Shown: piece by piece, positions 38,151 to 40,923 of the stretch | Numbering within the stretch: position 1 is the stretch's first letter | Layout: each line of letters opens with the position of its first letter | Assembly: GCF_001194135.2 (NCBI RefSeq) | Contig: NC_068981.1 | Location: 99,073,353-99,114,275 of the forward strand | DNA from: Octopus bimaculoides | Lineage: Eukaryota | DNA length: 40,923 nt | Reading direction: 5' to 3' | The notes under the pieces: generated by a model | What the model saw: only the letters and a program-made list of their open reading frames with translations | What the model was told of the DNA's origin: nothing | Databases searched by the model: none | Made by a program: the position numbers and the translations under genes

Positions 38151-39600
38151 TGTCGTCTACGTGCAAACTTCTTGTCTCTACTTTGCGTAAAGAGAGCAAT
38201 GAGTCACGGATCTACGTCAGCCCCAATGTCTTAGTCCACAACCCATGTGGTTGCGCAAAACCAGAGCTCTGCTTCCTTGCTCTTCACATCCTTATTCTTA
38301 AATAACCGGCCATGAGAGCATACACCCTTCCGTCCATCGACCAGAGCTCCTTCTAAGCCCTCTATCTTCTACATCTACATCCATAGCTGTAGATATTGTG
38401 GAAAGAGAATTATCGTACGAATTAATTATCGTCATTTTTCTGTCATTTCTATCATTTCATTAACACTGGGGACTGGTTGCCACTAATTAATGAGCATTAT
38501 CAACTAGCTACACTGAAACAGTGGAGAAAGGCAAGATAGTCAGGCTTTGGAAATTGCTTTCCATGGAATTAAATAATTATGATTAAAAACAAATATACAT
38601 TCTTCCTCCAGAATGCTATAAAATTTATGGTTTGGTAGAACTGCCAGACTATGATAACGACTGAATGAGTGGTACGACTATCAGACAACATCAGCTTCAT
38701 GATAAACTGCGGGGAAATGTGTTATGCTAAATTTCAGACGTCTAAATGTTTTCTTTCCTTTATTTTCTTACTGTTCAAGCAAGGTTAGGCCTCAGCAGGT
38801 TTATTAAATCAACACGATTACTAATAAAATGAATATAAAATGAATCTATTAACATATTCGTTCATTCATTTATTCATTGATTCAGTTACTTGTTTAAGTG
38901 ATGTGTATGCATATGTGTGTGTGTTTCTGCGCGCGTACGTATATATATATACACATCTGATCAAAAGATTTGAACAAAATATCTAAAATATAATAAAATT
39001 AATGATTGAATAAATCTTTCCAATAAAAGGTTATAGAAGCTAATGTAACACAACTAAGAAGGAAGAAAAACAACTGCTGTGATAACAAACAATCCACAAA
39101 TGTCTGGGCATCTTAAGAATTACTTGACGACAAACAAATGGCTGAGTAACTTACAAACGATTGAATAACCCGAGAAGCGTATTTATTTCCACGAAACGAG
39201 TATACGTGATGGGCATATCATCTGTTAGTGTAGACATTAATTAACAAATGATTCCTATATTCGGAAGTTTTATAAAATATTTTTCTACGTTAACATTCAC
39301 AAGAGTTAACATCTGCAGACCAGAATAGTTTGTGTTTAAGCAGTTATTTGGTCAGCTTTAAAGAATACATATTTCTGTAGTCCGCGAGGGAATAAAAACC
39401 ATATCTTGTGCAAAATTACAACTTTGATAAAAAAAAAAATGTTATTTTTACAGAATTATTTCAAGAATTCTAACTTTAGCCGAAACAAGATTATATTTTC
39501 ATAACTAATAACATATTTTGTGTATATATTTGTGTGTGATGCGAGGGAGTGTATTGTAGTCAATAAAAACCTCTTCAGGTACTCTACGTCTACATATCTA

Positions 39601-39821
39601 TGCGATGGGGTGCTGAAAAGTTCCTGGCTTTGAGTAAAAAAAATTACGGGAGAATCAGTTAATACGAATTTTATTCAACTTATTCCTGTCTCAGATTCAC
39701 ACACTTACTGCAGCTGTCCTTCTGTTTTTCTAAGCTTTGTAAAGGAACTCGGAAAGTTGGGTCTCCGATCAGGCCTTTCGCGACACCCTTAAATCCAGGA
39801 ATTTTTCAGCACCCTCTCGTA
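39601..39821. mobile_element. Tc1/mariner-type MITE (221 bp)
   Basis: Left TIR tgcgatggggtgctgaaaagttcctgg and right TIR ccaggaatttttcagcaccctctcgta (39795-39821) are near-complementary. TA dinucleotides flank it at 39599-39600 and 39822-39823. No coding capacity. Confidence 0.85.
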
Positions 39822-40009
39822 TACCATTTGGCCGTATTATATCTTCCTATATACAGTAGGACATATAAAATTATATTGTTACATATTATAACATTTTTCG
39901 AAAGAGTTCTATTAGTAGTTTCGTCAGAGTAAATTTTCAGGAATCGATGATCTTATTCACAAAGTACAATGAGGAATTTCAGATTTATTCTTTCTAAGTT
40001 TGGGCGAAG

Positions 40010-40335
40010 GGTTCTGTCAATGATAACACTGGATCGTATCAGATTGGATTCTATTCTGTGTTGAACAAGCTTTGGCATTCTGGATACTGTGTAGCACTGA
40101 TTGTCTTTTAACTAACCAGATGTGCAATATATCAGGTATCATGTAATGTAACATGGATAATGTTCTGATCATTCCTTGATTGCATCCTAGCCAGATGGCA
40201 GTGAACTCGACAGTCATAGTAAATTCGCCATACTCTTCTCGTTAATTTTCGTTTCGGCTAAGCAATTACATATTCCAAAGATACAGAGATGGGTTATTGA
40301 CCGAAGATCATTCCATCAATATCCAGCACTGAAAT
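40010..40335 (-). mobile_element. Possible decayed Tc1/mariner (maT-like) transposase C-terminus
   Basis: Minus strand reads LWSPS...NPSLYLWN...ACSTQNRIQS, weakly like WPPxSPDxNPLDYxxW...ACSRFRxRIEA; many stops. Confidence 0.25.
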
Positions 40336-40390
40336 GAAGGTGACCATAAAAGAGGTTTTGCTAAAAACAAAAAAAAAAAAGAAGATAACT

Positions 40391-40688
40391 ATTGATTTCA
40401 AATTTTAGCACCTGGCTAGCAACTTCGGAGGAGGGAAGTCGATTACATCGACCCCAGTGCTGCTCAACTGATACTTACTTTATCGACCCGGAAAGGATGA
40501 AACGCAAAGTCAACCTCGGCGGAATTTGAACTCGGAACCTAAAGACGTCTACCAAATCCACTCACAACGTTTTGGTCGACCCGAGGCTATAGTAGAAGAC
40601 ACTTGCCCAAAGTGCCACGCAGTGGTACTGAACCCGGAACCATGTGGTTGGTAAGCAAGCTTCTTACCACTCAGCCACGCCTGCGCCT
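40391..40688 (-). mobile_element. Chimeric SINE: family-2 head (40548-40688) fused to family-1 body and tail (40391-40547)
   Basis: Plus strand: ...ggaatttgaactcggaacctaaagacg|tctaccaaatccactcac...cttaccactcagccacgcctgcgcct. Confidence 0.85.
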
Positions 40689-40923
40689 AGATGTATGCGA
40701 TTGAGCTATATATTTTTAGGACCCGTTTTGTTTTGATTTTTGGTAGCTGTATTTTTTTTTTTACGTGAATTGGATGACGTCCTGTTGAAGTAACCACACT
40801 GCATGCATTTCCATCCCATTACGTTTCGCTCTTGACTTCGCTGCTATCTCAGTAAAAAATTATGACCATTTACAGGTTCTCTTACCACAGTTTTACTATC
40901 CAATTTTGTTATATTAATATATG

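Overview
Eukaryotic, AT-rich, microsatellite-dense draft scaffold with ten N-gaps, mostly bounded by simple repeats. The SINE repertoire and repeat landscape look like a coleoid cephalopod, most likely Octopus (inference from recalled repeat families, not a database search). The only host gene I can support is the terminal coding exon of a group III (bee-venom/PLA2G3-type) secreted phospholipase A2 on the + strand (5451-5649); its upstream exons are not visible. The rest is mobile-element debris: a near-full-length but dead hAT (Charlie/Buster-type) transposase (17605-19388), an internally deleted RTE LINE with C-terminal zinc fingers in the last PLA2 intron, shorter RTE, CR1/L2-like and RLE-type LINE fragments, a Tc1/mariner MITE, and about 25 copies of three tRNA-derived SINE families. 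The most unusual signals are a 142-bp inverted, microhomology-flanked copy of a locus about 4 kb away inserted into a SINE, a chimeric SINE, an inverted SINE cluster, and a 56-bp minisatellite next to a foldback element. There are no prokaryotic features, CRISPR arrays or rRNA, and I see no clear novel multi-gene system.
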